Part shown: in pieces, positions 9,739 to 19,241 of the stretch
Layout: the number at the start of each line of letters is the position of its first letter
How positions within the stretch are numbered: the stretch's first letter is position 1
Source of the DNA: Oscillospiraceae bacterium
Lineage (GTDB): Bacteria; Bacillota; Clostridia; Saccharofermentanales; Saccharofermentanaceae
DNA: 53,817 bases
Reading direction: 5' to 3'
NCBI GenBank assembly: GCA_902776845.1
Contig: CACYRM010000001.1
Span: forward strand, 1-53,817
Position numbers and translations under genes: made by a program
Notes under the pieces: model-generated
Databases searched by the model: none
Told to the model about the DNA's origin: nothing
What the model saw: only the letters and a program-made list of their open reading frames with translations

Positions 9739-11712
9739 TCAGCCAAGTAAGGCATCCATGTTTTTATTGATCATTTCAAATGTTCCGGTCAGTGAATCAA
9801 GATATGCCGTATGGATCTCCATGGCTGTCGCCTGAGGATACTTCTCATGCATATCATCCATTGTCTTCTGGGTCCAGAGAAAACCCATACCGTATTTGGC
9901 ATAGTAACCCGGATCCGTAACGACCAGCATATATATTTTCGCAAAGTCATCCTCGCTGACACTGAAGCCCATACTGTTGAAATAATCAACACAGTCCTTC
10001 AAAGACCAGTTCTCCATATGGATCCCGTAATCTGTCCTGGTGCTTACCAGAAGTCCGAGCACAGACTCATCACGGATAAGCTGCATGGCTTTGGTCTTTT
10101 TGCCGCCTTCCGCGAAGTATTTCATTGAGAAGTTCTCGCAGTATGTGGCCCATCCCTCGCTGTACCCTATGGATGCCGACAGATAAAGATACGGATGACT
10201 GGAATGAGCACGGGTGTAAAGAGACTGGAACATATGACCGGGATAACCCTCATGCGCAACGGTGATGCCGAAGTTCTCATCAACACTGCCGTTGTTAACG
10301 ATGATCACGTTGGCATTATAGTTATCGAGATGATAGCCGAGATAAGCCGCAGGAGAGAAATTCTCCTCGAACACTTCCGGAACATCCATAAGGTAATATT
10401 CATGCGCAGGGATTTCAGGGAAATCCTTTTTTACAGCATCATAAAGGAAATCAAGATTATCCGAGATCGAACCTTTTGAATATGCATGGTTCATATATTC
10501 GTCGTACCAGTCAAATCCGGAATACATTATTCCCATAAATTCGTCGTAAGTATCACTGATCGCCGTTTCCAGCGCAAGAACGCTGGCCTGGGGATCGGCA
10601 CCGTTGTTTGTCATTATTCTTGTGAGCTGGGCATAATACGCATCCCCGCCCCTGTATCTGCAAAGACCCGCATCTGTTCCTCCCGAACCTTTAAGAGCCC
10701 TCATGCGGCGCGCGCACTCTTCGAATTCCGGGAAAAGGACTTCCTTCATGGCCTTTTCGTGCTCGGAAATAAGCCTGCTTCTGTCAGAGGAAGACAATCC
10801 CTTGATGTTATCGAGTCTCTCCTCAAACGATTCATAAAGGAAACAGTCATCCTTCTGGACGATCAGGTTGTCAAAAGAGACTGCGGCTTCTTCATAGCTT
10901 TCATCAGAGGAGGCAAAACCCAGTGATGCTCTTGTCTCTTCATATTCACACAGCTGATCAAAATACCTGTCTATATCTTTGACAAGCAGGATGTAATTCT
11001 CGGCATCCCTGACTGTATCAAATGTATACACATCCAGAACAAAAAGGATCTCAGACTGGGGACCTACAAGATAGTTGAAATACATTGAATAGTATTCGAA
11101 CGCCGTATACGAATATGAATAAACCGCTTCCTCACAGTCATATACCAGCTTTTCAAAACAGATCCTGTCATCACCGCTTAAGGATTCTCCGTCAATGGTG
11201 AGAAGAGTATCCAGCTGCGTCTGATAAAACTGCTTCTCCTCATCATAATCATCCGTTGTCGTAACTTCTCCCCAGGTCACATCCTTTATATCGAATCCGA
11301 AATCCTCCGGTTTCTCGAAAAGGATCTCAACATCCGCATAACAGTTGATCTCATGGTGCATGATCGCATACTCGACATCAGACAAGACCTTTACAGCTTC
11401 ACTCCCTTTGACGTTGCCTGCCGGATGTGAGGGATGAACTTCTTCAAATGAAGCCACATGATCCGGATACGTCAGGGTATCGGACGTGGGAATATAATTC
11501 CCGTAACTGACCGTTGTCTGTCCGGTGGAAGGATCCGTAACATCAGTAACATACGTGGGTTCGGTACCGGCACCATCCTCGGTCTTGATGCCGCTCACGG
11601 TACGTCTTCCTCCGGAACTGCTTTCCGGCTCTGTTCCGGTACAGCATGTTAATGACAGGATAAAGGCTGCACAGCAAACCAGCGCCGTGGCCTTCACAAA
11701 ACACTTTTTCAT
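9739..11712 (-). CDS. DUF885-family lipoprotein (putative zincin metallopeptidase)
   Basis: Likely start MKKCFVK (11712) with lipobox-like LTCC, Ser/Thr-rich linker, SPAAY, AHEGYPGHMFQ, YSEGWATY. Confidence 0.8.
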   Translation of the reverse strand: MKKCFVKATALVCCAAFILSLTCCTGTEPESSSGGRRTVSGIKTEDGAGTEPTYVTDVTDPSTGQTTVSYGNYIPTSDTLTYPDHVASFEEVHPSHPAGNVKGSEAVKVLSDVEYAIMHHEINCYADVEILFEKPEDFGFDIKDVTWGEVTTTDDYDEEKQFYQTQLDTLLTIDGESLSGDDRICFEKLVYDCEEAVYSYSYTAFEYYSMYFNYLVGPQSEILFVLDVYTFDTVRDAENYILLVKDIDRYFDQLCEYEETRASLGFASSDESYEEAAVSFDNLIVQKDDCFLYESFEERLDNIKGLSSSDRSRLISEHEKAMKEVLFPEFEECARRMRALKGSGGTDAGLCRYRGGDAYYAQLTRIMTNNGADPQASVLALETAISDTYDEFMGIMYSGFDWYDEYMNHAYSKGSISDNLDFLYDAVKKDFPEIPAHEYYLMDVPEVFEENFSPAAYLGYHLDNYNANVIIVNNGSVDENFGITVAHEGYPGHMFQSLYTRAHSSHPYLYLSASIGYSEGWATYCENFSMKYFAEGGKKTKAMQLIRDESVLGLLVSTRTDYGIHMENWSLKDCVDYFNSMGFSVSEDDFAKIYMLVVTDPGYYAKYGMGFLWTQKTMDDMHEKYPQATAMEIHTAYLDSLTGTFEMINKNMDALLG

Positions 11713-11807
11713 ATCTATCAAACTCCTAATCCTTATCCATATACAGGCCGGCAGAAAACCGGCTTTGAAAAATAATAATACCACGAAATCGGATATATTT
11801 CTTATAA

Positions 11808-13586
11808 TCAGGACTCCTGGGATTCCTGGATACCTATATCGGAAGAGTCATCATCCTGTATGATCTCGAGTTTTTCCTTTACCGATTCATAATCGACCAA
11901 TCCTTTGGAATTTCTGGGAAGTGATACAAGGAACGTAACCTCCGAGGGTCTCATCGCCTCATGCAGGGTCAGCTCACATTCCGTCTTTATGCGGTCTCTC
12001 AGATCCTCCATCCTCGAGTTGTCATAGAAATACTCCTCTTCGGGAACCACAGCGGAAATAAGGACCGGACCTTCAGGTTTCTCAAGGATCACGGAACAGG
12101 ACTCCACAACTCCCTCAGTCATCTGCACGGCTTCATCGACCTTATCGGGATATACCGGATAACTGTTGATCCTTGCCGATCTGGATTTTTTTCCGACAAG
12201 ATAAAACATTTTATTGCCGTCCAGTTTTCCGATACTGCCCGTAAAATACCATACCCTTCCGTCAGGAAGTTTCCGGTAATTCTTTTTACCCGCCAGGGTC
12301 TCATCTTCACGCAAATAGGCGCAGACAGGCGAACATACGGCTATCTCACCCTCCGAGCCTTCCGGCGCATCAAGTCCGGTAGCGCTGTCCGCCACTTTCA
12401 TCAGGACTCCGGGCAGGGGGAATCCGAGCAGTCTGTCGCTCTGGAGATCGGAAGGTCCGTACGCATAGGTCAGGATCTCATCACAGCCCGTGATCGAACA
12501 GACTGAAAGTTTTCTTCCGGAATTATGGGCGATCTCAAACAGGCTCGCTTTCTGACTGCTGGTAAGAAGTCCTCCGCCGACAATGATCCTGTCCACATAT
12601 TTAAGGATCTCCGAACCCGGTCCGGCCTTGTTGATCGATGCAACGGTACTGTTGTAACCGATGAGCACATCGGGCCTGTAACGTCTTATGGCGAAAAAGA
12701 TCTTTTCCGTATCGTACCAGGTAAAAAGCAGAACGGTCTGCCCGCTCGACAGGACATTATGAATTCCGGCCACAAATCCGAAAGCAAAGCAGCTCTCGTT
12801 GAGACACAGCATCCGCGCCGGTTTGCCGGAAAGGTCTTCATTGGCTCTGAACACCATCTCCGTGATATTCGCAGAAAGATTAATGCTCTTTGAACAGAAT
12901 ACCGAAGCTTTGAATTCCTCTTCAGCTTCGCTCGGGAAAAGATAAAGCGCGGGTCTTTCAGCATCCCTGTCAAACACATCTTCGCGGATGGAAGGATCCG
13001 TGTCAGGCAGTTCAAGAACATCCTTCCAGTACAAAAGCCTTATTCCTTCGGGAACAGACTTCGGCTTTGGCATATCATAGCTGGACAAAGGATAAAACGG
13101 GAAAGAGATCCGGTCTCTTCCCGACATCATGAACCTGTATTTTCCGATGATCACAGTCTTTATAGGTGTGTTCTTAAGCACAGAAGAATAATTCAGATAC
13201 TGATTGCAGCTCATTACACAGTATTTGGCGCCTACGGAATTTGCGAAAGATTCGAAATGCTCTGTTGCCAGATTCGGTACCGAAAGAGCAGCGGCCGCGC
13301 CGATCTTATCCAAAGCATAAACGCTTATGAGATTCATCGGATTATGGCCCATGAGAAGTATAACCTTATCGCCCTTTTCCACTCCGAGTTTTTTCCAGGC
13401 AACCGCGACTTCATCTATCCTGTCCAGAAAAGATGCGTAGGTAAATTTTCTGTATCCGTATTCAAGCGCTATCCTGGAAGGATATTTTGTACCGACTTTT
13501 CTTATCCGCATATAAAGCGTGTCATTAGTATCCGTCTCGGGTTCAGAATACTTGCCGGGATAAAAAACGCTCCAAAGACTTTCCAA
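11808..13586 (-). CDS. ANL (AMP-binding, long-chain acyl-CoA ligase-like) fold protein with degenerate active site
   Basis: Overall ANL layout (TYASFLDRIDEVA, GVEKGDKV, GFPLPGVLMKV, GEIAVCSP), but the A3, A7 and A10 motifs are altered. Confidence 0.75.
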   Translation of the reverse strand: MESLWSVFYPGKYSEPETDTNDTLYMRIRKVGTKYPSRIALEYGYRKFTYASFLDRIDEVAVAWKKLGVEKGDKVILLMGHNPMNLISVYALDKIGAAAALSVPNLATEHFESFANSVGAKYCVMSCNQYLNYSSVLKNTPIKTVIIGKYRFMMSGRDRISFPFYPLSSYDMPKPKSVPEGIRLLYWKDVLELPDTDPSIREDVFDRDAERPALYLFPSEAEEEFKASVFCSKSINLSANITEMVFRANEDLSGKPARMLCLNESCFAFGFVAGIHNVLSSGQTVLLFTWYDTEKIFFAIRRYRPDVLIGYNSTVASINKAGPGSEILKYVDRIIVGGGLLTSSQKASLFEIAHNSGRKLSVCSITGCDEILTYAYGPSDLQSDRLLGFPLPGVLMKVADSATGLDAPEGSEGEIAVCSPVCAYLREDETLAGKKNYRKLPDGRVWYFTGSIGKLDGNKMFYLVGKKSRSARINSYPVYPDKVDEAVQMTEGVVESCSVILEKPEGPVLISAVVPEEEYFYDNSRMEDLRDRIKTECELTLHEAMRPSEVTFLVSLPRNSKGLVDYESVKEKLEIIQDDDSSDIGIQESQES

Positions 13587-13784
13587 GAGATCACTCCGTT
13601 AATTCAACACAAAAATACATATCGTCTGTAAACTGATTATACACCGTCCGGCCGGTGTCAAACACTTTTTACACCGCACCTCTGTTTTCGAACAATCATT
13701 TGTGCATTTGTACGAATCAATTTTTCAGGCCTGTTTTTTCATACATGTTAAAATAACCGCATATTTTATACCGAGGTTACTGCT

Positions 13785-14969
13785 ATGGATATCAGACTCA
13801 ACACACATTTTCTGGATGTAAAAGAAACATATCTCTTCTCCGATATCGCCAAACGCGTAAAGGCGTTTCAAGAGGAGAATCCCGGCAGGGAAATAATCAG
13901 AATGGGAATCGGCGATGTTACGCTTCCTCTTCCCCGGTCCATTACATCAGCAATGGAGCAGGCAGTTAAGGAGATGGCCTCCAAAGACACATTCCGCGGC
14001 TATCCGCCGGAATACGGATACGACTTCTTAAGAGATGCCATAGCTGCTCACTACAACAGCATAGGTGCGCATGATGTTACATCGAACATCATCTATGTAT
14101 CAGACGGTGCCAAGAGCGATCTCGGCAATCTTCCCGATGTTTTGGGAGACAACCCGGTAATCATTCCCGACCCCGTTTATCCCGTTTATGTGGACTCGAA
14201 TCTCATGAACGGAAGAAAAGTCTCATTCATCGCGGGCAACAAGGAGAACGGTTTCCTTCCTCTTCCTCCCGCAAATACGGATATCGAACCTTCAGTGATC
14301 TATCTCTGTTCGCCCAACAATCCGACAGGTGCCGTATACAGCTACGGCGGTCTCACAGAATGGGTCAGCTTTGCTCTCAAGACAGGATCGCTCATAATCT
14401 TTGACGCGGCTTATGAAGCATTCATTACAGAAAACAAGCCTCACGCGATATACGAGATCCCCGGAGCCGAGAAATGCGCGGTTGAAGTGTCATCATTCTC
14501 CAAATTCGCAGGTTTTACCGGCGTAAGATGCGGATGGACTGTCGTTCCGGACGGACTTGAAGCAGACGGGATCAAACTCTCCAAGTTCTGGGCAAGACGT
14601 CAGGCAACAAAGTTCAACGGTGTCTCATATGTGACCCAGAAAGGCGCCGCAGCCTCACTCTCCGGCCAGGGAATGGAAGACTGCAAAGCAAACATCGCTT
14701 ACTACAAGCGGAATGCGGCCGCCCTTGCGGAAGTATTCACCGAAAAAGGCATCTACTTCACAGGCGGTGTCAATTCACCCTACATCTGGCTCAAGTGTCC
14801 CGGCAACATGAGCGGCTGGGAATTCTTCGATTCCATCCTTAACAGATTCGGCATCGTCGGAACACCCGGCGAAGGCTTCGGTGAAAACGGCGCAGGCTAC
14901 TTCCGTCTTACCGCTTTCGGCTCTTACGAAAACACATTAAAGGCCTGCGAATTCTTCAAGTCACTGTAA
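13785..14969 (+). CDS. dapL: LL-diaminopimelate aminotransferase
   Basis: YLFSDIAKRV, MGIGDVTLPL, GYPPEYGY, SDGAKSD, CSPNNPTG, SFSKFAGFTGVRCG, TKFNGVSY. Confidence 0.93.
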   Translation: MDIRLNTHFLDVKETYLFSDIAKRVKAFQEENPGREIIRMGIGDVTLPLPRSITSAMEQAVKEMASKDTFRGYPPEYGYDFLRDAIAAHYNSIGAHDVTSNIIYVSDGAKSDLGNLPDVLGDNPVIIPDPVYPVYVDSNLMNGRKVSFIAGNKENGFLPLPPANTDIEPSVIYLCSPNNPTGAVYSYGGLTEWVSFALKTGSLIIFDAAYEAFITENKPHAIYEIPGAEKCAVEVSSFSKFAGFTGVRCGWTVVPDGLEADGIKLSKFWARRQATKFNGVSYVTQKGAAASLSGQGMEDCKANIAYYKRNAAALAEVFTEKGIYFTGGVNSPYIWLKCPGNMSGWEFFDSILNRFGIVGTPGEGFGENGAGYFRLTAFGSYENTLKACEFFKSL

Positions 14970-14996
14970 CCAGGTCAGATTAATCTATAAAAACTA

Positions 14997-15030
14997 AGAG
15001 GATGTCTCAAAACGGCATCCTCTGTTAATT
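14997..15030 (+). terminator. Probable terminator after dapL
   Basis: AGAGGATGTC-N7-GGCATCCTCT stem with a weak T-rich tail. Confidence 0.55.
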
Positions 15031-15068
15031 TGCACCGGAATATTGTCCCATTAAACGAAATCATCCTT

Positions 15069-15077
15069 TGTTATAAT
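15069..15077 (+). promoter_or_regulatory. Extended -10 promoter element upstream of radA
   Basis: TGTTATAAT about 30 bp before the ATG. Confidence 0.5.
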
Positions 15078-15108
15078 CAGGATAATAAAGATTCGGACGG
15101 ATATTGTT

Positions 15109-16527
15109 ATGGCTAAGAAGACAACCTTTTTCTGCAAAGAATGCGGATATGAGACATCGGGATGGATGGGCAAATGCCCTGCCTGCGGCATGTTCAACTC
15201 ATTTGTGGAAGCGCCTTCCGAGAAGTCTCCCGCCAAGGCAAAAACAGATTCTCCGGCACTTACGGCGAACCGGTATTCATGGACTGATTCGGCCGTCACC
15301 GTCAGGCTGAAAGATGCGGGCAAAGAGACATACAAACGTCATTCCACCGGAATGGCAAGCCTTGACCGGCTCTTCGGAGGCGGTATCACCGAGGGCTCCG
15401 TGACACTGGTTGCCGGAGAACCCGGGATCGGCAAATCAACCATTCTGATGCAGCTTGCCGATTCATATCAGGCAGACGGCGATGTGCTTTATGTCTCAGG
15501 CGAGGAATCCCCAGCCCAGATCGGAATGCGGGCTTCGAGGCTGAAGATAAAAAGGGATATCCTTATCTGCGGCGAGACAAGATTCGAAGTTATCGCAGAA
15601 CAGCTTAAGACCCACAAGCCGTGCCTTGCGATAATCGACTCCATCCAGACACTGTATTCGGAACAGGTCGCGGGAACGCCGGGCGGCGTTGCACAGATCC
15701 GCGAGGTCGCCGCGGGACTTATAAGGATCGCAAAGACCAATAACATCACGATAATAATGGTGGGACATATAGCCAAGGACGGTTCCATCGCGGGTCCCAA
15801 GACCATTGAGCATATGGTGGATACAGTGTTGGGCTTTGAAGGCGATAACACGGGCGGATACAGGATAATACGTTCCTCGAAGAACCGTTTCGGAAGGAGC
15901 AATGAGATCTGTTTCTTCGAGATGGGCGAGACCGGACTTATTCCTGTGGACAGTTCAAAAGCCCTTCTCGTTGCAGGAAGACCGCTGAACAGCCCCGGTT
16001 CTGTCCTTACATCCACCCTTGAAGGCAACGACGCTCTTACTATTGAGGTTCAGGCATTATGCGCAGAGAGTGTTTATGCAAATCCCCAGAGGATGACATC
16101 CGGTCCGGAGAGGGGCCGCGTCATGATGCTGCTTGCTGTCTGCGAGAAGCTCCTGTCTCTGGGACTGACTTCCAAAGACTGTTTTATCAACGTTATAGGA
16201 GGTCTTAAAGTAAGCGATCCCGCAACCGATCTTGCAGTATGCATAGCGACCGTTTCTTCAGCGCGGGGCATAAGCTGCAAGCCTGATACGCTGATACTGG
16301 GAGAGGTCGGATTATCAGGAGAGATAAGACCCGTAACCAGGATCCTCAAAAGATGTCTGGCCGCCGCAAGACTCGGCATTACCACGGTCGTTCTTCCCGG
16401 CAGTTCCAAGGATGCTCTTGAGAAGGAACTTGCAAACGTGTCAGCGGAAGCATTTGCGGGCAATCCTGTCCCGGAATTCATCTGCGCGGATAATCTGAAA
16501 GAAGCTGTGGATATACTGTTCTCATAA
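15109..16527 (+). CDS. radA: DNA repair protein RadA/Sms
   Basis: C4 zinc finger CKECG...CPACG, Walker A GEPGIGKST, KNRFG motif, Lon-like C-terminus GEVGLSGEIR. Confidence 0.96.
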   Translation: MAKKTTFFCKECGYETSGWMGKCPACGMFNSFVEAPSEKSPAKAKTDSPALTANRYSWTDSAVTVRLKDAGKETYKRHSTGMASLDRLFGGGITEGSVTLVAGEPGIGKSTILMQLADSYQADGDVLYVSGEESPAQIGMRASRLKIKRDILICGETRFEVIAEQLKTHKPCLAIIDSIQTLYSEQVAGTPGGVAQIREVAAGLIRIAKTNNITIIMVGHIAKDGSIAGPKTIEHMVDTVLGFEGDNTGGYRIIRSSKNRFGRSNEICFFEMGETGLIPVDSSKALLVAGRPLNSPGSVLTSTLEGNDALTIEVQALCAESVYANPQRMTSGPERGRVMMLLAVCEKLLSLGLTSKDCFINVIGGLKVSDPATDLAVCIATVSSARGISCKPDTLILGEVGLSGEIRPVTRILKRCLAAARLGITTVVLPGSSKDALEKELANVSAEAFAGNPVPEFICADNLKEAVDILFS

Positions 16528-16546
16528 CATGAAGGGAGGTATTCAT

Positions 16547-17296
16547 ATGGAACGCAACTGCTATTTTCTGATACCTGCTGCCGGAAGCGGAACAAGAATG
16601 GGCGCAGGGATCCCGAAGCTCATGAGAAATGTCGAAGGCAAGCCCGTTATCCTAAGGACGCTTGAAGCAATTGCCGGCATCTGCAGAAGCAGGTATGACG
16701 GTCTTGATTATATGATCATCCTTGTTACCACCGCAGATCTCATCGGAACTCTCAAAGCCATGTGTTCTGAATATTTCCCGGATCTCGACATCGTTTTCAC
16801 CCTTGGAGGAAACACAAGAACGGAATCCGTCGCATCAGGACTTAACATGATCACCGATGCCATGGCTGACGATATAGTTCTCGTACACGACGGAGCACGC
16901 TGTCTCGTTACAGAGGAAGAGATCACTGCATGTATAGAAGGACTTAAAACACATAATGTCTGTTCCACGGCAGTTCCGGTCAAGAATACACTGAAAGAAG
17001 TAAAGATATCTCCCTCCGGCGAGGTCAAAGTGATCTCCACGCCCGACAGATCCGGGTTCTACGAAGTCCTTACTCCACAGGGGTTCAGATACAAAGACAT
17101 AAAAGCCTGCTATAAAAAAGCTATGGATGAAGATATCACCGCTACGGATGACACGGCGCTTGCCGAACTTGCGGGGCTGGAAGTCTATTTGACAAAAGGA
17201 TCATATTCGAATCTTAAGATCACGACTCCCGAAGATATAGCCTTTGCATCGGAGATAGTAAGATCCCGCGGTGAAAGCGAACCATTCAGCGATTAA
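16547..17296 (+). CDS. ispD: 2-C-methyl-D-erythritol 4-phosphate cytidylyltransferase
   Basis: PAAGSGTRMG, VHDGARC, TPQGF, TDDTAL, NLKITTPED; RBS GGGAGG before ATG 16547. Confidence 0.9.
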   Translation: MERNCYFLIPAAGSGTRMGAGIPKLMRNVEGKPVILRTLEAIAGICRSRYDGLDYMIILVTTADLIGTLKAMCSEYFPDLDIVFTLGGNTRTESVASGLNMITDAMADDIVLVHDGARCLVTEEEITACIEGLKTHNVCSTAVPVKNTLKEVKISPSGEVKVISTPDRSGFYEVLTPQGFRYKDIKACYKKAMDEDITATDDTALAELAGLEVYLTKGSYSNLKITTPEDIAFASEIVRSRGESEPFSD

Positions 17297-17299
17297 CGG

Positions 17300-17794
17300 T
17301 CAGATCTCTTTAACGAAAGTCAGGATGGCAAATACCTGTATTCCCTCACCGCGTCCGAAGCCTGTCAGTCCTTCACCGGTAGTGGCGGTTATTCCCACAG
17401 AAGATGCCGGAATACCGAGAATGCTTCCCAGGGATTCCTTCATTGCAGGGATATGAGGCATAAGCTTCGGACGGAGACACTCTATGGTAACAGAGCAATG
17501 AACGATCCTGCCTTCAGTCATGTATTCCATGGCTTTCTTCAGATAGACCGAACTGTCTTTTATGCCTTTCTCCAGACAGATCTTATCTGCTTCTCCTCCC
17601 AGGATATTTACTCCGGTAAAACCCGAGATCGCATTCGTGACCGCGTGGAACACAACATCACCGTCACTGTTGGCAACTATGTTCCGGTCAAACGGAATGT
17701 CTATACCTCCGAGCCTGATTGAACAGTCCTCCGCCGGTTCACCGAACCTGTGACTGTCCTGTCCTATCGTGCTTATCGAAATAATGTTTCCCAT
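17300..17794 (-). CDS. ispF: 2-C-methyl-D-erythritol 2,4-cyclodiphosphate synthase
   Basis: GQDSHRF, SDGDVVFHA (Zn ligands), ATTGEGL..GRGEGI. Confidence 0.9.
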   Translation of the reverse strand: MGNIISISTIGQDSHRFGEPAEDCSIRLGGIDIPFDRNIVANSDGDVVFHAVTNAISGFTGVNILGGEADKICLEKGIKDSSVYLKKAMEYMTEGRIVHCSVTIECLRPKLMPHIPAMKESLGSILGIPASSVGITATTGEGLTGFGRGEGIQVFAILTFVKEI

Positions 17795-17806
17795 ATCTTC
17801 ACACCT

Positions 17807-18334
17807 TTATGCCGCGCCGCTCTCTTTTAGCCATAATACCACATCGTTCATGGTCCAATAATCGTATGAACTGCTGCCGAAGACTTTATCGGTCTGTCCT
17901 GCTTTTATGAGAACAAATTCCGGAACGGCATTGATGTCATACTTTTCCAAAAGGGCACGGTACTCAACAGCATCGATCATCACGACATGCAGTCTGCCGC
18001 TGTAGAGCTGGGCAAGATCCTCAACGGAAGCTGTAACCTGCGCGCTTCTGTTATCCATCGAACTGTAAAAATATAACAAAAGAGTATTGCCGGAGGCCAT
18101 GAGTCCGTCGAGATCGGTTATCTTGCGGTACTGGATCCCGTAGAACGGATTACCGTTCTCATCCGTCTCATCTTCAACAGGCTCATAGACCATGCATACA
18201 GCTGATTCGCTGTATGAATAGTCGCCCAGAAATTCCCTTACGGGATCAGTGGTCTCCTTTTCTTTTGAGCATGAACAAAGCAGCACAAAAGAAAGAATGG
18301 CAGCCAGTATTACCGAAAGATATCCGCGCTTCAC
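17807..18334 (-). CDS. Lipoprotein with thioredoxin-fold domain lacking CxxC
   Basis: Lipobox LCSC; LLYFYSSMDNRS at the WCxxC position; KYDINAVPEFVLIKAG cis-Pro motif. Confidence 0.7.
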   Translation of the reverse strand: MKRGYLSVILAAILSFVLLCSCSKEKETTDPVREFLGDYSYSESAVCMVYEPVEDETDENGNPFYGIQYRKITDLDGLMASGNTLLLYFYSSMDNRSAQVTASVEDLAQLYSGRLHVVMIDAVEYRALLEKYDINAVPEFVLIKAGQTDKVFGSSSYDYWTMNDVVLWLKESGAA

Positions 18335-19173
18335 TTTTCGATAAGTCCGGCTATCATTGCGGTTGTTCCGGCAAGAAGATCCCCGGATACTTTCTCCGCA
18401 TTTCCGGAGTCAACAAGCTTTGTTACCTCAGGATCAAGAGGGATCTTGTCCGTAACTTTGGAACCGATCTCGGATGCTGATTTCTCTATTGATGAACCGT
18501 CACCGTAAAGCCTTATCTCATCACCGCAGTGAGGACACTTTATAAAGCTCATGTTCTCGACCATGCCGAGAACGGGGACCTTCATCATGGATGCCATGTT
18601 GCGGGCTTTATTTACGATCATGGATACAAGGTCCTGACTAGTCGCAACAAGAACGATACCGTCTATCGGTATAGACTGGAATACGGTAAGAGGAACATCG
18701 CCTGTTCCGGGCGGCATATCAATGAGGAGGACATCCAGAGTCTCCCAGTTTACCTGTCCCCAGAACTGCTTGATAAGTGAATTCAGGACAGGTCCTCTCC
18801 AGATCACGGGAGCTTCCTTGTCTTCAAGTAGAAGGTTGATACTTACTGCCTTGATACCGGCAGATGTGACTGCAGGCATAATGAGCTGATCTTCATTTGC
18901 CCTGAGATTCTCAGTAAGTCCGAATGACTGGGGAATGGACGGACCGGTAACATCCGCATCCATTATTCCGACCTTATATCCTTTTCTTGCGAGCTGAACG
19001 GCAAGCACCGAGGTTACAAAGGATTTTCCTACTCCGCCCTTTCCGCTTGCCACACCGATAACGGTCTTAACGGAAGAACCGTTTGCCAAAGGATCTTTTC
19101 CGATAACAGACGGACAGGTTGACTGGGATGTGCAGCCGTCTTTTGAAGGACACGAATCACATGCTGATGACAT
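18331..19173 (-). CDS. mrp: Mrp/NBP35 (ApbC) Fe-S cluster carrier ATPase
   Basis: SGKGGVGKS, DADVTGPSIP, WRGP, DMPPGTGD, ENMS..CPHC; N-terminal Cys cluster. Confidence 0.92.
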   Translation of the reverse strand: MSSACDSCPSKDGCTSQSTCPSVIGKDPLANGSSVKTVIGVASGKGGVGKSFVTSVLAVQLARKGYKVGIMDADVTGPSIPQSFGLTENLRANEDQLIMPAVTSAGIKAVSINLLLEDKEAPVIWRGPVLNSLIKQFWGQVNWETLDVLLIDMPPGTGDVPLTVFQSIPIDGIVLVATSQDLVSMIVNKARNMASMMKVPVLGMVENMSFIKCPHCGDEIRLYGDGSSIEKSASEIGSKVTDKIPLDPEVTKLVDSGNAEKVSGDLLAGTTAMIAGLIEK

Positions 19174-19241
19174 AAAAAGCCTCCTGAATAAACATAAACC
19201 CGTTTATTATATGAAATGCTGTTTTCTTTTTCAATTTCTGA

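Noticed and set aside
13587-13784. Lysine riboswitch upstream of dapL
   Set aside because: Divergent intergenic region; the likely -10 (TGTTAAAAT) is only ~30 bp from the ATG, leaving no space, and no L-box motifs are visible
16547-17296. IspD as a TarI-like CDP-ribitol synthase feeding the TagF-like enzyme
   Set aside because: Its position after radA and beside ispF supports the MEP pathway; no TarJ or TagD is in the window
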